Source of the DNA: an uncultured Actinomycetota bacterium
GTDB taxonomy: Bacteria; Actinomycetota; Actinomycetes; Propionibacteriales; Nocardioidaceae
Direction of reading: 5' to 3'
Assembly (NCBI GenBank): GCA_963724225.1
Contig: CAVRTX010000004.1
Location: forward strand, 25,000-88,999
DNA length: 64,000 bases
The position numbers and the translations under genes were made by a program. Each line of letters begins with the position of its first letter. The first letter of the stretch is position 1. The notes under the pieces were generated by a model, which was not told where the DNA came from, did no database searches, and saw nothing but the letters and a program-made list of their open reading frames with translations. This document shows, in pieces, positions 1 to 10,959 of this stretch.

Positions 1-1566
1 GACGTCGAGGTTGGCCGTGGGCTCGTCGAGCAGCACCAGCCCGGCCGTACGGTCCGAGCGGCGTACGGCGCACAGCGCGCGGGCGAGCGCGACCCGCTGC
101 CACTGCCCGCCCGACAGCTCGGTGCCGCCCGGGTATCCCTTGGCGAGCGGCTGCCCGAGCCGGGCCAGCCCGTCGGCGCCGGCGTCGCGGAGCGCCTCCT
201 CGACCTCGTCGTCGGTGGCCCGGCCGCCGGGGTCGACGTTGTCGCGCAGCGAGCGCTCCAGACGCATCACGTCCTGGAACACGGCCGTGACCCGGTCGCG
301 CCAGGCATCGGGGTCGAGCCGGGTGAGGTCGACGCCGTCGGCCCGGATCGTCCCGCCGGTCGGGTCGTACAGCCGGCACAGCAGCTTGGCGAGCGTGGTC
401 TTGCCGGCGCCGTTGGAGCCGACCACGGCCAACGACTCCCCCGGTCGTACGTCGAGGTCGAGCCCGCTGTAGATCGGCCGCTCGGTCCCGGGATAGGTGA
501 AGTGCAGGTCGCGGATCTCCAGCGCCACACCGGTGCCGGTCGTCGGCACCGCGACCGGTCCGCCCGCCGGGGTGGCCAGCGCTCCGACCGGGCCGATCCG
601 TGGCAGCAGCCGCGCCACCGCCTCCACCGGCGCCGAGGCCTCGTCCATGGCCCAGTTGAGGCCGCCGAACGCGATCGACTGGGCGGTCATCGCCAACGTC
701 GCCACGGTCACCACCTCGCCGAGCGGCATCGCCCCCGACGAGGCCCGGTCGGCGAGCCACCAGAACACGATCCCGTTGCCGGCCAGCACCAGGGCCAGCG
801 CGCGGAGGACGCTGCGCTCGCGCAGCCGGGTGGCGGCGTACTGCAGCTCGAACAGGTCGCGCCGCTGGCCGGCGAACCGGTCGACCGTCCAGCCGGACAA
901 CCCGAAGAGTCGCACCTCCTTGGCGGGCGCCGGCTCGACCGCGAGGTCGTAGGAGTACGTCGCGCGCTGCCGGGCCAGGTTGACCTCGTCGGTGTTGCGG
1001 TCCTTCCAGACCCCGCTCTCGCGCAGCAGCCAGTGGGTGCCACCCCAGGCGGGGCCGAGCACGAGCGGGACCCACCACGCGTAGCCGGCGAGCGTCGCGA
1101 CCGCCACGACCCCCGCCCCCAGCATCGCCAGCCCGCTGCAGATGAAGTCGACGTTGAGGTACATCGGCGGCCCGGAGATGCCGCGGTCGAAGTCACGCGC
1201 CGTCGTGAAGTCGCGCGACAGCGACGGGTCCTCCAGGTGCCCGACACCCGGCGGGTCGACGCAGGCACCGGCGAGCTCGTCGTTGAGGTGCGCCGAGACC
1301 CGCGAGCCGAGGTTCATGCTGATCGCCGTGTGCCACTGCGGCAGCACCTGCAGCAGCACGAAGCAGACCGACACCAGCGCGAGCGGGGCGACCAGGCTGT
1401 CGTCCTCGGCGACCGCGTCGACCAGGAGGCCGGTCGCGATCGCGAACACCGACGGCAGCACGGACCGCAGCGCGAGGGCGCCCCACCAGACCACCGCCAG
1501 CGGCCGGTCGGCCCGCGGCAGCACCGCGAAGAACCGCACGGACGCGCGTTCCCCGAGCCGCTGCAC
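1..1566 (-). CDS. ABC transporter fused permease/ATP-binding protein (3' end runs off window)
   Basis: Manual translation from GTG at 1566 (MQRLGERASVRFFAVL...): hydrophobic N-terminal half, Walker A GSNGAGKTT, signature LSGGQWQR, Walker B LLDEPT. No stop inside the window, so it is missing from the ORF track. Confidence 0.9.
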   Translation of the reverse strand, partial: MQRLGERASVRFFAVLPRADRPLAVVWWGALALRSVLPSVFAIATGLLVDAVAEDDSLVAPLALVSVCFVLLQVLPQWHTAISMNLGSRVSAHLNDELAGACVDPPGVGHLEDPSLSRDFTTARDFDRGISGPPMYLNVDFICSGLAMLGAGVVAVATLAGYAWWVPLVLGPAWGGTHWLLRESGVWKDRNTDEVNLARQRATYSYDLAVEPAPAKEVRLFGLSGWTVDRFAGQRRDLFELQYAATRLRERSVLRALALVLAGNGIVFWWLADRASSGAMPLGEVVTVATLAMTAQSIAFGGLNWAMDEASAPVEAVARLLPRIGPVGALATPAGGPVAVPTTGTGVALEIRDLHFTYPGTERPIYSGLDLDVRPGESLAVVGSNGAGKTTLAKLLCRLYDPTGGTIRADGVDLTRLDPDAWRDRVTAVFQDVMRLERSLRDNVDPGGRATDDEVEEALRDAGADGLARLGQPLAKGYPGGTELSGGQWQRVALARALCAVRRSDRTAGLVLLDEPTANLDV

Positions 1567-1569
1567 CGG

Positions 1570-2487
1570 TCACTGCCCCTCGGAGGCGGGGGAACCCGGG
1601 AGCGGTCCGCCGTACCAGTGCGCGAGCAGCGAGGAGGAGATCGACACCCCGCGTGGGACCTGCATCTCCCCCGCGCCCACCGCGTCGCGGAACTGCTCGC
1701 GGGTGAACCAGCGGGCGTCCTCGATCTCGGCCCCGTCGACGTCGATGTCGCGCGACTGCGCGTGGGCGACGAAGCCCAGCATCAGGCTGGCCGGCAGCGG
1801 CCACGGCTGGTTGCCGAAGTAGGTCACCTCCCCGACGGGGAGTCCCACCTCCTCGCCGACCTCTCGCCGTACGGCGTCCTCGAGGGTCTCGCCCGGCTCG
1901 CAGAAGCCGGCGAGCGTGGACCACCGGTCGGGGGGCCAGCGCGGCTGACGCCCGAGCAGGATCTCCTCGCCGTGGACCACGGCCATGATCACCGCGGGGT
2001 CGCTGCGGGGGAACTGCGGCCGGTCGCATCGGGTGCACCGCAGCTCGTGGCCGGCGGCGCGCGGCTCGAGCGGGCCGGAGCAGCGCGGGCAGAACCGGGT
2101 CGCGTGGTGCCACTCGGCCAGCCCGATCGCGTGGAAGAGCAGCGGGGCGAGGTCGGGCCGGCCCGGGAGCGCGGGGAGCAGCGTCCGCAGCGGGACCCAC
2201 TCCTCCGGGTCGCCCGGTGCCTCGGCCGGCGGGACCAGCACGGCGAACCACGTCGTCCCGCCCTCCTGGCCCAGCAGGACCCGGGTGCCAGCGGGCGCCT
2301 GGTCCGGCGCGAGCATCGGCACCTCGCCGTCGACCACGCGCAGCCGGGTGCCGGACACCACGACCACCCGCGTCGACGGGTCGGCCCACCGGCCGGTGAG
2401 CCAGGCCTCGTCGGTGCGTTGGTTGCCCAGCCGGTTGTGGGCGTGGCGCGAGAGCGCGACGTGCGGGAGCTGGTCGTCGGACGTCAC
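1570..2487 (-). CDS. nudC: NAD(H) diphosphatase NudC
   Basis: Zn ribbon CPRC...CTRC, Nudix box GFCEPGETLEDAVRREVGEEVG, NQPWPLPASLM motif. GTG at 2487 lies 7 nt after TAGTGT. Confidence 0.92.
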   Translation of the reverse strand: MTSDDQLPHVALSRHAHNRLGNQRTDEAWLTGRWADPSTRVVVVSGTRLRVVDGEVPMLAPDQAPAGTRVLLGQEGGTTWFAVLVPPAEAPGDPEEWVPLRTLLPALPGRPDLAPLLFHAIGLAEWHHATRFCPRCSGPLEPRAAGHELRCTRCDRPQFPRSDPAVIMAVVHGEEILLGRQPRWPPDRWSTLAGFCEPGETLEDAVRREVGEEVGLPVGEVTYFGNQPWPLPASLMLGFVAHAQSRDIDVDGAEIEDARWFTREQFRDAVGAGEMQVPRGVSISSSLLAHWYGGPLPGSPASEGQ

Positions 2488-2530
2488 GCCGATGACACTA
2501 CCCAGCCGCGGCGGGGGTAGTTTCCCGACG

Positions 2531-3229
2531 GTGAGCACCCACATCGGCGCCGCTCCCGGCGACATCGCGCCCACCGTCCTGATGCCCGGCGACCCGCTGC
2601 GCGCGCGGTGGATCGCCGAGACCTTCCTCGACGACGCCCGCTGCTACAGCGAGGTCCGGGGCATGTACGGCTTCACCGGCACCTGGAACGGGACGCCGGT
2701 CTCGGTGCAGGGCTCGGGCATGGGCCAGCCGTCGCTGGCGATCTACGCCCACGAGCTGTTCTGCGAGTACGACGTCGCCTCGGTGATCCGGGTCGGCTCG
2801 TGCGGCGCGCTGACCGAGCGGCTCGCGGTCCGCGACCTGGTGATCGCCTCCGGCGCCTGCACCGACTCCTCGATCAACCGGATCGCCTTCGAGGGCCTCG
2901 ACTACGCCCCGGTCGCCGACTTCGGGCTGCTCCGCGCCGCCGCCGACGCCGCGCCCGAGGCGCACGTCGGCCTGATCTTCTCCTCGGACTCCTTCTACGC
3001 CGCCCGCCCCGAGCTGATGTCGCGGATGGTCGGCTACGGCGTGCTCGCGGTCGAGATGGAGGCCAGCGCGCTCTACACGCTGGCCGCGAAGCACGGCCGC
3101 CGGGCGCTGGCGATCTGCACCGTCTCCGACCACGTCCTCACCGGCGAGGAGACCACCTCCCAGGAGCGGGAGCAGACCTTCGGCCGGATGGTCGAGGTCG
3201 CGCTCACCGCCGCCCTGCAGCAGGGCTGA
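2531..3229 (+). CDS. deoD: Purine-nucleoside phosphorylase, DeoD type
   Basis: MSTHIGA...MPGDPLRA, GSGMGQPS, RVGSCG, VEMEASALY, TVSDH motifs. Confidence 0.95.
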   Translation: MSTHIGAAPGDIAPTVLMPGDPLRARWIAETFLDDARCYSEVRGMYGFTGTWNGTPVSVQGSGMGQPSLAIYAHELFCEYDVASVIRVGSCGALTERLAVRDLVIASGACTDSSINRIAFEGLDYAPVADFGLLRAAADAAPEAHVGLIFSSDSFYAARPELMSRMVGYGVLAVEMEASALYTLAAKHGRRALAICTVSDHVLTGEETTSQEREQTFGRMVEVALTAALQQG

Positions 3230-6200
3230 GGCCGGCTGCAGGATCGTCGAGCAGCCGCTCCAGCTCAGCGCGTCCGGGCAGGTCGGGGGGCTCGACCAGG
3301 TCACCGGTGCGGACGTAGCAGAACCCGGCGCGGACACGGTCGAGCGGGAGACCGGTGAGCTCGGCCCAGGCCAGCCGGTAGAGGGCGAGCTGGAGCGGAT
3401 CGGCGTCGCGGCGACGGTTGGTCTTCCAGTCGACGACCAGGAACCCGCCGTCGGGCTCGGCGTAGACCGCGTCGATCCGGCCCCGCACCACCTGGCCGGC
3501 GAGGACGAGTGCGAACGGCGCCTCGACGGCGTGGGGCGCCCGGTCGGCGAACGGGCCGGCCTCGAACGCCCGCGTGAGCTCCGCCAGGTCGTCGGCGTCG
3601 TCGATGCCGGCGTCGGCGCGGCCCGGCAGCTCGTCGGCGTCGATCAGCTGCTGCTGGCCGAACCGGGCCTCCACCCAGGCGTGGAACCGGGTGCCGAACC
3701 TGGCGGCCGGCGCGGGCGGTCGGGGCATCGGTCGCGCGAGGTCGCGCGCGAAGCCCCCGGGGTCGTCGCGCAGCCGAGCCACGGCCGTCGCCGACAGGCT
3801 CGACGGCAGCGGTACGTGGACGACGTCGGCCCGGTCGGCGCGCGCCTCGTCGAGCAGCCGCTCGATCGCGTCGTCCCAGGCCTGCACCTCGGCGAGCGCG
3901 GCGAGGTCGAGCTCGTCGTCGTCGGCGGCCGGGTCGGCGTCGCGGACGAGCTCGGCGGCCTCGAGCCTGCGCAGCGCCTCGGCGGTGTGCTCCGTGACCG
4001 GCCACGGCTGCGGCTCCGGGCCGATCGCCGCGAGCTCGGCCACCTCGGGCTCGGGCGTCCACGGCTCGGGGGACCAGGCCCCGCCCGGACATCGCCTCGA
4101 CGACCGCCAGCTGGTAGCGGGACGGACCGATCGGCGCTCCGCGGAACAGCCGCCAGTGGGACGACACGCTCAGCAGGTGGCGCGCTCGGGTGACGGCGAC
4201 GTAGCCGAGACGCAGCTCCTCGACCGCCTCGTGGTCGCGGCTTCGCTGCTTGAAGTCGTCGATGCCGGTCCGGGTGCGCTCCGTGAGCTGCGGCAGGTCG
4301 AGCGCGTCGCCGCGCAGCGGTGACGGCAGCACCCAGCCGACCGAGGTCCAGAGGCTGCGGGAGCGGTCGGTGGGGAACTTCCGCTCACTGACCCCGACCA
4401 GGAACACGGCGTCCCACTCGAGGCCCTTGGCGCGGTGGACGGTCAGCAGCTTGACCGAGTCGGCCTCCGTGGGGGTCGCGACGTCGAGTCCGGTGCCGAG
4501 CTCGTCCTCCGCCTGGAGGTAGGCGAGGAGGGACGCGAGCGAGTGGTCGCCGTCGATCGCCTGGAACTCCGCGACCGCCTTGACGAACAGGTCGAGGTTG
4601 TCGCGCCGCGCGGCCGCGGCCTCGGACGTGGAGGAGGCGAGCTCGACGTCGATCCCGGTCGTGTCGATGATCAGCCGGACCAGGTCGAGCAGCGACTCGC
4701 CGCTGTGGCGGCGCAGCATCCGCAGCTCCCCCGAGAGCAGGGCGAGCCGCTCACGCGCCGGCGTGGAGTAGGCGTACGAGGCGTCGCCCGGGTCGTCGAG
4801 CGCATCGCAGAGCGACAGGATCTCGGTCGGGTCGGCGCCGGCGACGGCCTGCTCGAGCTCGTCGACCAGCCGGCCGCGCGACGGGCGGCGGTCGGGGTCG
4901 GCCGCCAGGTCGCGGGCCCGGCGTCCGAGGATCGCGAGGTCGCGCGGTCCGATCGCCCAGCGCGGACCGGTGAGCAGGTTGAGCAGGTCGGCGTTGGCCG
5001 TGAGGTCGTGGAGCAGGGTCAGCGTGGAGACCACCATGGAGACCTCGGGCAGCCGGAGCAGTCCGTTGAGGCCGACGATCTCGACCGGGATGCCGTCGGC
5101 GGTGAGCGCGTCGAAGACCTCGGCCGCCGTGGCGTTGTCACGGGTGAGGACGCCGATCCGCCGCCAGGTGCCGGGCTCGCGGGGATCCTCCGGCAGCGAG
5201 GCGATGCGCTGCTGCGCGGCGTGCACCTCGCCGGGCAGCCACTGCAGCTCGGCGGCCGCGCTCGGGTGGAGGCTGGCCCGCACCTCGCCCTCGCCCCTCC
5301 CCTCGGCCGGGCGCAGCGGGGCGAGCGGTACGTCGGGATCGGCGTAGAGCGGCTGCGCGAGGTGGTTGGCCGCCTCGAGGATCGAGGTGTCGGAGCGCCG
5401 GCTCACCGTCAGCTGGTGGCGCGGGATGTCGGCGGACCCGTCGGACATCGGGAAGGTGCGCCCGACGTGGAGGATGTTGGAGACCGAGGCACCCCGCCAG
5501 CCGTAGATCGCCTGGTTGGGGTCACCCACCGCCGTGACCGCGTGGCCACGACCGTGGGCGGCGTCGGGTCCGGAGAACAGGGCTCCGAGGAGCATCGCCT
5601 GCGCGACCGAGGTGTCCTGGTACTCGTCCAGGAGGACGATGCGGAACTTCGCCCGCTCCCCCGCACCGACGTCGGGGTGCTGGCGGGCGAGCCGGGTGGC
5701 CAGCTCGATCTGGTCGGAGAAGTCCATCAGCCCGAGCTGGCGCTTGAGCCGGCGGTAGTCGTCGACCAGGCGGAGCAGCTCGGCCCGCTCGTCGATCTTG
5801 TCGATGATCTTCTGGAGGTCGACCTTGGCCCGCTCGGTGGCCAGCGCGGCCTCCACCGCCGTCCGCTCCCGGGCGTCGAACGCCCGGACCTCGTCGGGAG
5901 CCACGAGGTGCTCGCTCATCGCGCCGTCGAGCGCCAGCAGGTTGCCGATGACGTGCTTGGGGCTGTCGGTCAGCAGCTGGACCTGGTGGGTGTGCTGGGC
6001 CACCGCCCGGCCCGCGAGCTGGTAGCGCGACGCGTCGGCCATGACGCGGGTGTCGGGCTCGTGGCCGATCCGCAGCCCCTGCTCGGTGAGGAGCGAGGCC
6101 GCGTACGCGTTGTAGGTCGCCACCGTGGGCTCGAGCCGCTCGTCGTCGTCGGAGGCGACCTCGGGCAGCAGGCCGGAGACCGAGAGCGCCGCCCGGATGT

Positions 6201-6453
6201 CGGTGGCGAGCTCGCTGGCCGCCTTGGACGTGAAGGTCAGGCCCAGCACCTCGTCGGCCCGCACCTGTCCGGTCGCGACGAGGAACACCACCCGGGCCGC
6301 CATCAACGTCGTCTTGCCGGAACCCGCGCCGGCGATCACCACGGCCGGCTCCAGGGGGGCCGAGACGGCCGGCCACTGCTCGTCGCTGACCGGGAACCGG
6401 GCCCGCATCACGGCCTGCAGCTCGGCGGGGGTGCGGATCTCGACGGGAGTCAC
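3204..6453 (-). CDS. adnB: AdnB-like UvrD helicase with C-terminal PD-(D/E)xK nuclease, frameshifted at ~4070
   Basis: AGAGSGKTT, LDEYQDTS, VGDPNQAIYGWRGA, TVHRAKGLEWD and YVAVTRAR are in one frame. The nuclease (GRIDAVY...VDWKT...QLALY) is in another. Removing one G from G5 at 4068-4072 joins them. GTGA overlap with the adnA stop. Confidence 0.88.
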
Positions 6454-9400
6454 GACAGCACCGTCCCGGACTGCTGGGCGGGGCAGAGCAGCTGGAAGTC
6501 GCAGTGTTCGCAGACCTTGCCGGGCCGGACCTCGAGCGCCTCCTTGCGGACCACCTGGACGGCCGCCATCAGCTGCTCCTCGATCGGCAGGTGACCGGAC
6601 TCCCCCGGCATCTGGGGCTCCTGGGACTGCACCTTGACGGCCTTGGCGCCCTTGCGCAGCTGCCAGAGCTCGGCACCGCCCGCCTGTGCGTCGGAGCCGA
6701 GGGTGTCGGCGAAGCCGCCCCGGTCGACGGCGTACTGGTAGAGGCCGAGCTGCGGGTGCTCGACCATCTCCTTGTCGGGCGGGGGGTACTTGCCGGTCTT
6801 GAGGTCGATGACGACCACCCGGCCGTCGGAGTCGACCTCCAACCTGTCGGCCCGGCCACGCAGCAGCACCTGCTCGCCGTCGGGCAGCACCACCTCGGCG
6901 CGGAAGTCCGCCTCCGAGGCGACGGCACGACGACCCCGCTCGAGCCGGTGCCAGTGGAGGAACCGTCCGAGGGCGGCCCGCACCTCGGCGCGCTCGCGGT
7001 CGGCCGACCAGGGGGTCCGGAAGCTGAGCTGGCGCCAGACGTCGTCGACCAGGCCCATCAGCCCCTCGACCGGATCGCCGGCATCGGCGTCGAGGACGAC
7101 CCCGGTGTCGTCGCCGAGCGCGGCCCGGGTCACCCCGTCGGCGATGGCGTGGACGACGTTGCCGAAGCCCTGGGAGGCGCTCGTGGCCCGGGCGCCACCG
7201 GCCTCCCGCTCGAGGAACCACTTGGCCGGGCAGTCGGTGATCGAGGAGAGCATGCTGGCGGTCACCGGCACCGGACGGCCCTCGGCGACCAGCGGCCGCT
7301 CGCTCTCGGTGAGCGAGCGGGTGCCCCACCAGGTCGCGGGATCGGCCGCGGGGACCAGGGGCCGGTGGCCGACCCGCTCCGCGGCCAGCCGCGCCAGGCG
7401 TCGCGCCGCCGCCCTGCGCAGCGGCTCGGCCGTCGCCGGGTCGGAGACCGTACGCCGGAGCTCGGCGACCAGCCCCGCCAGCGACAGCGGTCGGCGCGGA
7501 CGCCCGGACTCGTGGCCGACGCGGCGGTCGTCGCCCGGCGGGAACAGCTCGGCGAGGAACCGGGACGGCTGCTCGCCGTCGTCGTCGGGCGAGGCGACGG
7601 CCGTCACCAGCAGCCGGCGCCGGGCGCGCGTGCAGGCGACGTAGAAGAGCCGCCGCTCCTCGGTGAGCAGGGCGCGCATCGACACCGGCGGCACCAGTCC
7701 GTCGGTCCCGAGCCGGTCCGGGGCCAGCAACGACGCGCGGCGCCGCAGGTCGGGCCAGACCTCCTCCTGGACGTGGGCGACCACGACGAGGTCCCACTCG
7801 AGGCCCTTGGCCCGGTGGGCCGTGAGGAGCCGGACCGCGTCGCCGCGGACCCCGGCCTCGGCGAGCGTGTCGCCCGGGATCTGCTGCGCGCGCAGCGTCG
7901 CGAGGAACTCGCCGACCGCGCGGGCACCGCGCTGCTCGTCGGTGCGGGCCGCAGCGTCGAAGAGGGCGCCGATGGCGTCGAGGTCGCGATGCGCCAGCCG
8001 GGCCGCCGCCCCGCCCGACTCGACCCGGGACCGGAGCAGCCGCGGCCAGCTGGTGCCGTCCCAGAGGGTCCAGAGCACCTCCTCGGCCGTCCCGTCGGCC
8101 TCGAGAACCGCGCGAGCACGGACCAGCAGCCGGGCGAAGGACGCGGTGCGGGCCACCGCCTCTCCCTCGAGCCCGTCGAGCAGCCCGGCGTCGAGCACGG
8201 CCGCCCGCACCAGGGCGTCGGAGGGGCGCGGCGTCCGGTCGTCGGCGGCGGCCAGGGCCTTCTCGCGGACCCGGGCCTGGCGGGCGAGCGCGCGCAGCTC
8301 GGTCGCGTCGAGCCCGACCAGCGGCGAGGTCAGCAGCCCGCCCACCGTGGGGGCGTCGACGTGGTGGGGGGAGGCGGCGTCGTCGATCCCGCGGTGGACG
8401 ACCAGCCGCAGCGCCGTCAGCAGCGGCTGCACGGCGGGCTCCTGGCCCAGCGGGGTGTCGTCGGCGGCCACCTCGACGGGGACCCCCGCGGCCGCGAGCG
8501 AGCGGCGCAGGGTGGGGAGGACCGAGCGGCCGGACCGCACGAGCACCGCCATCTGCGACCACCGGACGCCGTCCTCGAGGTGGGCCTTCCGGAGCCGGTC
8601 GGCGAGGTGCTCGGCCTCGGAGCGGGCGGTGTCGTAGGTGACCACCTCGACCCCGTCGCCGGGTCGGTCGTCGACCAGCGACTCGGGGTGGGCGAAGGCC
8701 TCCCGGGCCTCGGCGGGGATGCTGCCGGGGAGCGAGAGCCGGCCGGCGACGCGCTGGGAGGCCAGCAGCAGCCGCGGCCCGAACCGGCGGGTGGTCCGCA
8801 GCGCCACCACGTCGGCCGGACGGCCGTCGGCGCGCGGGAACGTCGTCGGGAACTCCAGGATCCCGCGGACGTCGGCGCCCCGGAAGCCGTAGATGGACTG
8901 GTGGGGGTCGCCGACGACGGTGAGGTCGCGACCGTCGCCGGCGAGGGCGCTCAGCAGCCGTACCTGGCTCGGGTCGGTGTCCTGGTACTCGTCCACGAAG
9001 ACGTGGCCGATCTGCGCCCGCAGCTCGGCCCGGTGCTCCTCGGCGTCGAGCACCGCCCGCTGGATCAGGTCGGCGTAGTCGGTGGCCCCCTGCAGGTCGA
9101 GGTTGAGGAGGTACTGGTCCAGGAACAGGCCGGCCGCCTCGAACTCGGGGACCCCCTCCTCGCGCCCGACGCGGCGCAGCTCCTCGGGGCCGAGCCCCTT
9201 CTCGCGGGCCCGGGCCAGCACGTCGAGCACCTCGCGCGCGAAGCCGCGGGTGCCGACCGCCTCGCGCAGCGTGTCGGGCCACCGCACCGACTCCGGCGCA
9301 TGGGTCAGCAGGTCCTGGAGCACGACGTCCTGCTCGGGGGCGCTCAGCAGCCGCAGCGGCGTCGTGTAGAGCTCGGGTGGGGCGTACCTGCGGATCAGCC

Positions 9401-9707
9401 CGTACGCGAAGGAGTGGAAGGTCGAGCAGGTCGCCGTCGAGACGGTGCGTCCCACGCGCGCGACCACCCGGTCGCGCAGCTGCTCGGCGGCCTTCCGGGA
9501 GAAGGTCAGGGCCAGCACCGACGACGGGTCGGCACCCGCCTCGATCCGGGCGGCGATGGCCTCGACCAGGGTCGTGGTCTTGCCGGTGCCGGGGCCGGCG
9601 AGCACGAGCAGCGGACCGCCCGGGTGGTCGACGACGGCCTGCTGCTGCGGGTCGAGCACCGGGCGCTCGACAGCCGCCCGCTCGGTCACCAGCCGGTACG
9701 TCGTCAC
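6450..9707 (-). CDS. adnA: AdnA-like UvrD helicase with RecB-type nuclease and Fe-S cysteines
   Basis: AGPGTGKTT, VDEYQDTD, TAHRAKGLEWD, GRADRLE...IDLKTG, Cys in DCPAKW and CEHCDFQLLC. Tandem with an adnB-like gene. Start approximate. Confidence 0.88.
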   Translation of the reverse strand: MTTYRLVTERAAVERPVLDPQQQAVVDHPGGPLLVLAGPGTGKTTTLVEAIAARIEAGADPSSVLALTFSRKAAEQLRDRVVARVGRTVSTATCSTFHSFAYGLIRRYAPPELYTTPLRLLSAPEQDVVLQDLLTHAPESVRWPDTLREAVGTRGFAREVLDVLARAREKGLGPEELRRVGREEGVPEFEAAGLFLDQYLLNLDLQGATDYADLIQRAVLDAEEHRAELRAQIGHVFVDEYQDTDPSQVRLLSALAGDGRDLTVVGDPHQSIYGFRGADVRGILEFPTTFPRADGRPADVVALRTTRRFGPRLLLASQRVAGRLSLPGSIPAEAREAFAHPESLVDDRPGDGVEVVTYDTARSEAEHLADRLRKAHLEDGVRWSQMAVLVRSGRSVLPTLRRSLAAAGVPVEVAADDTPLGQEPAVQPLLTALRLVVHRGIDDAASPHHVDAPTVGGLLTSPLVGLDATELRALARQARVREKALAAADDRTPRPSDALVRAAVLDAGLLDGLEGEAVARTASFARLLVRARAVLEADGTAEEVLWTLWDGTSWPRLLRSRVESGGAAARLAHRDLDAIGALFDAAARTDEQRGARAVGEFLATLRAQQIPGDTLAEAGVRGDAVRLLTAHRAKGLEWDLVVVAHVQEEVWPDLRRRASLLAPDRLGTDGLVPPVSMRALLTEERRLFYVACTRARRRLLVTAVASPDDDGEQPSRFLAELFPPGDDRRVGHESGRPRRPLSLAGLVAELRRTVSDPATAEPLRRAAARRLARLAAERVGHRPLVPAADPATWWGTRSLTESERPLVAEGRPVPVTASMLSSITDCPAKWFLEREAGGARATSASQGFGNVVHAIADGVTRAALGDDTGVVLDADAGDPVEGLMGLVDDVWRQLSFRTPWSADRERAEVRAALGRFLHWHRLERGRRAVASEADFRAEVVLPDGEQVLLRGRADRLEVDSDGRVVVIDLKTGKYPPPDKEMVEHPQLGLYQYAVDRGGFADTLGSDAQAGGAELWQLRKGAKAVKVQSQEPQMPGESGHLPIEEQLMAAVQVVRKEALEVRPGKVCEHCDFQLLCPAQQSGTVLS

Positions 9708-9756
9708 GAGGTCCACCTCATCATGCGGCACCGACAGCGCGTACTACCGTGCCCAC

Positions 9757-10941
9757 ATGACCGACGCCGCCGCTGGCCCCGGGGCCGGACCCCTCGCCGA
9801 CCTGCTCGTCCTCGACCTCACCCGCGCGCTCGCGGGCCCGCACGCCGCGATGATGCTGGCCGACCAGGGCGCCCGGGTGATCAAGGTGGAGTCGCCGACC
9901 GGCGACGACTCCCGCGGCTGGGGACCGCCCTTCGTGGGGCCCGACGACGCGCGCGAGTCGACGTACTTCATGTCGGCCAACCGCAACAAGGAGTCGCTGG
10001 TCCTGGACCTGAAGTCCGACGACGACCGCGACGTCCTGGCCCGGCTGGTGGAGCGCGCCGACGTGCTGATGGAGAACTTCCGTCCGGGTGTGATGGGCCG
10101 GCTCGGGTTCGGCGAGGAGCGGCTCCACGAGCTCAACCCGCGGCTGGTCGTGCTGTCGATCACCGGCTTCGGCCACGACGGCCCCGAGTCGACCCGCGCC
10201 GGCTACGACCAGATCGCGCAGGGCGAGGGTGGCCTGATGTCGCTCACCGGCAGCGAGCACCCCACCAAGGTGGGCGTCCCGATCGCCGACCTGTGCGCCG
10301 GGATGTACGGCGCGTTCGGCGTGATGGCCGCGCTGCACGAGCGGGAGCGGACCGGCCGCGGCCGGATCGTCAGGACCTCGCTGCTGGCGGGCATGGTCGG
10401 CGTCCACGCCTTCCAGGGCACCCGCTGGACGGTCGGCGGCGAGGTGCCGCGGCTGGCGGGTGACCACCACCCCTCGATCGCGCCGTACGGGATGTTCGCG
10501 ACGGCGACCGCCCCGGTGCAGATCGCGTGCGGGTCCGAGGGCCTGTGGCGGGCGATGTGCGCGGCGTTCGGCTGGGACGCCGAGGAGCCCCGCTTCGCCA
10601 CCAACCGCGAGCGGGTGGCCCACCGCGACGCGCTGGTGGAGCAGATCGAGTCCCACTTCGCGGAGGCGCCTGCCGAGCACTGGTTGGCGCGGCTCGCCGA
10701 CGCGGGCGTGCCCTCGGGCAAGGTCCGCTCCCTCGACGACGTCTACGAGTGGGAGCAGACCCGGTCGCAGGGCCTGTTGCTGGAGGTGGAGCACGCCACG
10801 GCGGGCACCGTGACGCTCCCGGGCTCGCCCGTGCGCTACGACGACAACCCCCACTCCGGCGGCCGCGCCGACCACCTGCCGCCCCCCACGCTCGACCAGC
10901 ACGGCGCGGCGATCCGGGAGTGGCTGGACAGCGGGCAGTGA
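9757..10941 (+). CDS. Class III (CaiB/BaiF) CoA-transferase
   Basis: DLTRALAGP, GARVIKVE, NRNKES, ENFRPG, GYDQIAQ motifs. Confidence 0.92.
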   Translation: MTDAAAGPGAGPLADLLVLDLTRALAGPHAAMMLADQGARVIKVESPTGDDSRGWGPPFVGPDDARESTYFMSANRNKESLVLDLKSDDDRDVLARLVERADVLMENFRPGVMGRLGFGEERLHELNPRLVVLSITGFGHDGPESTRAGYDQIAQGEGGLMSLTGSEHPTKVGVPIADLCAGMYGAFGVMAALHERERTGRGRIVRTSLLAGMVGVHAFQGTRWTVGGEVPRLAGDHHPSIAPYGMFATATAPVQIACGSEGLWRAMCAAFGWDAEEPRFATNRERVAHRDALVEQIESHFAEAPAEHWLARLADAGVPSGKVRSLDDVYEWEQTRSQGLLLEVEHATAGTVTLPGSPVRYDDNPHSGGRADHLPPPTLDQHGAAIREWLDSGQ

Positions 10942-10959
10942 GTGAGTAGCGTGCCCGGC

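Noticed and set aside
3301-9282. 1993-aa ORF as a giant protein
   Set aside because: It is AdnB (from 6453) extended upstream by an off-frame shadow of adnA and downstream by post-frameshift sequence.
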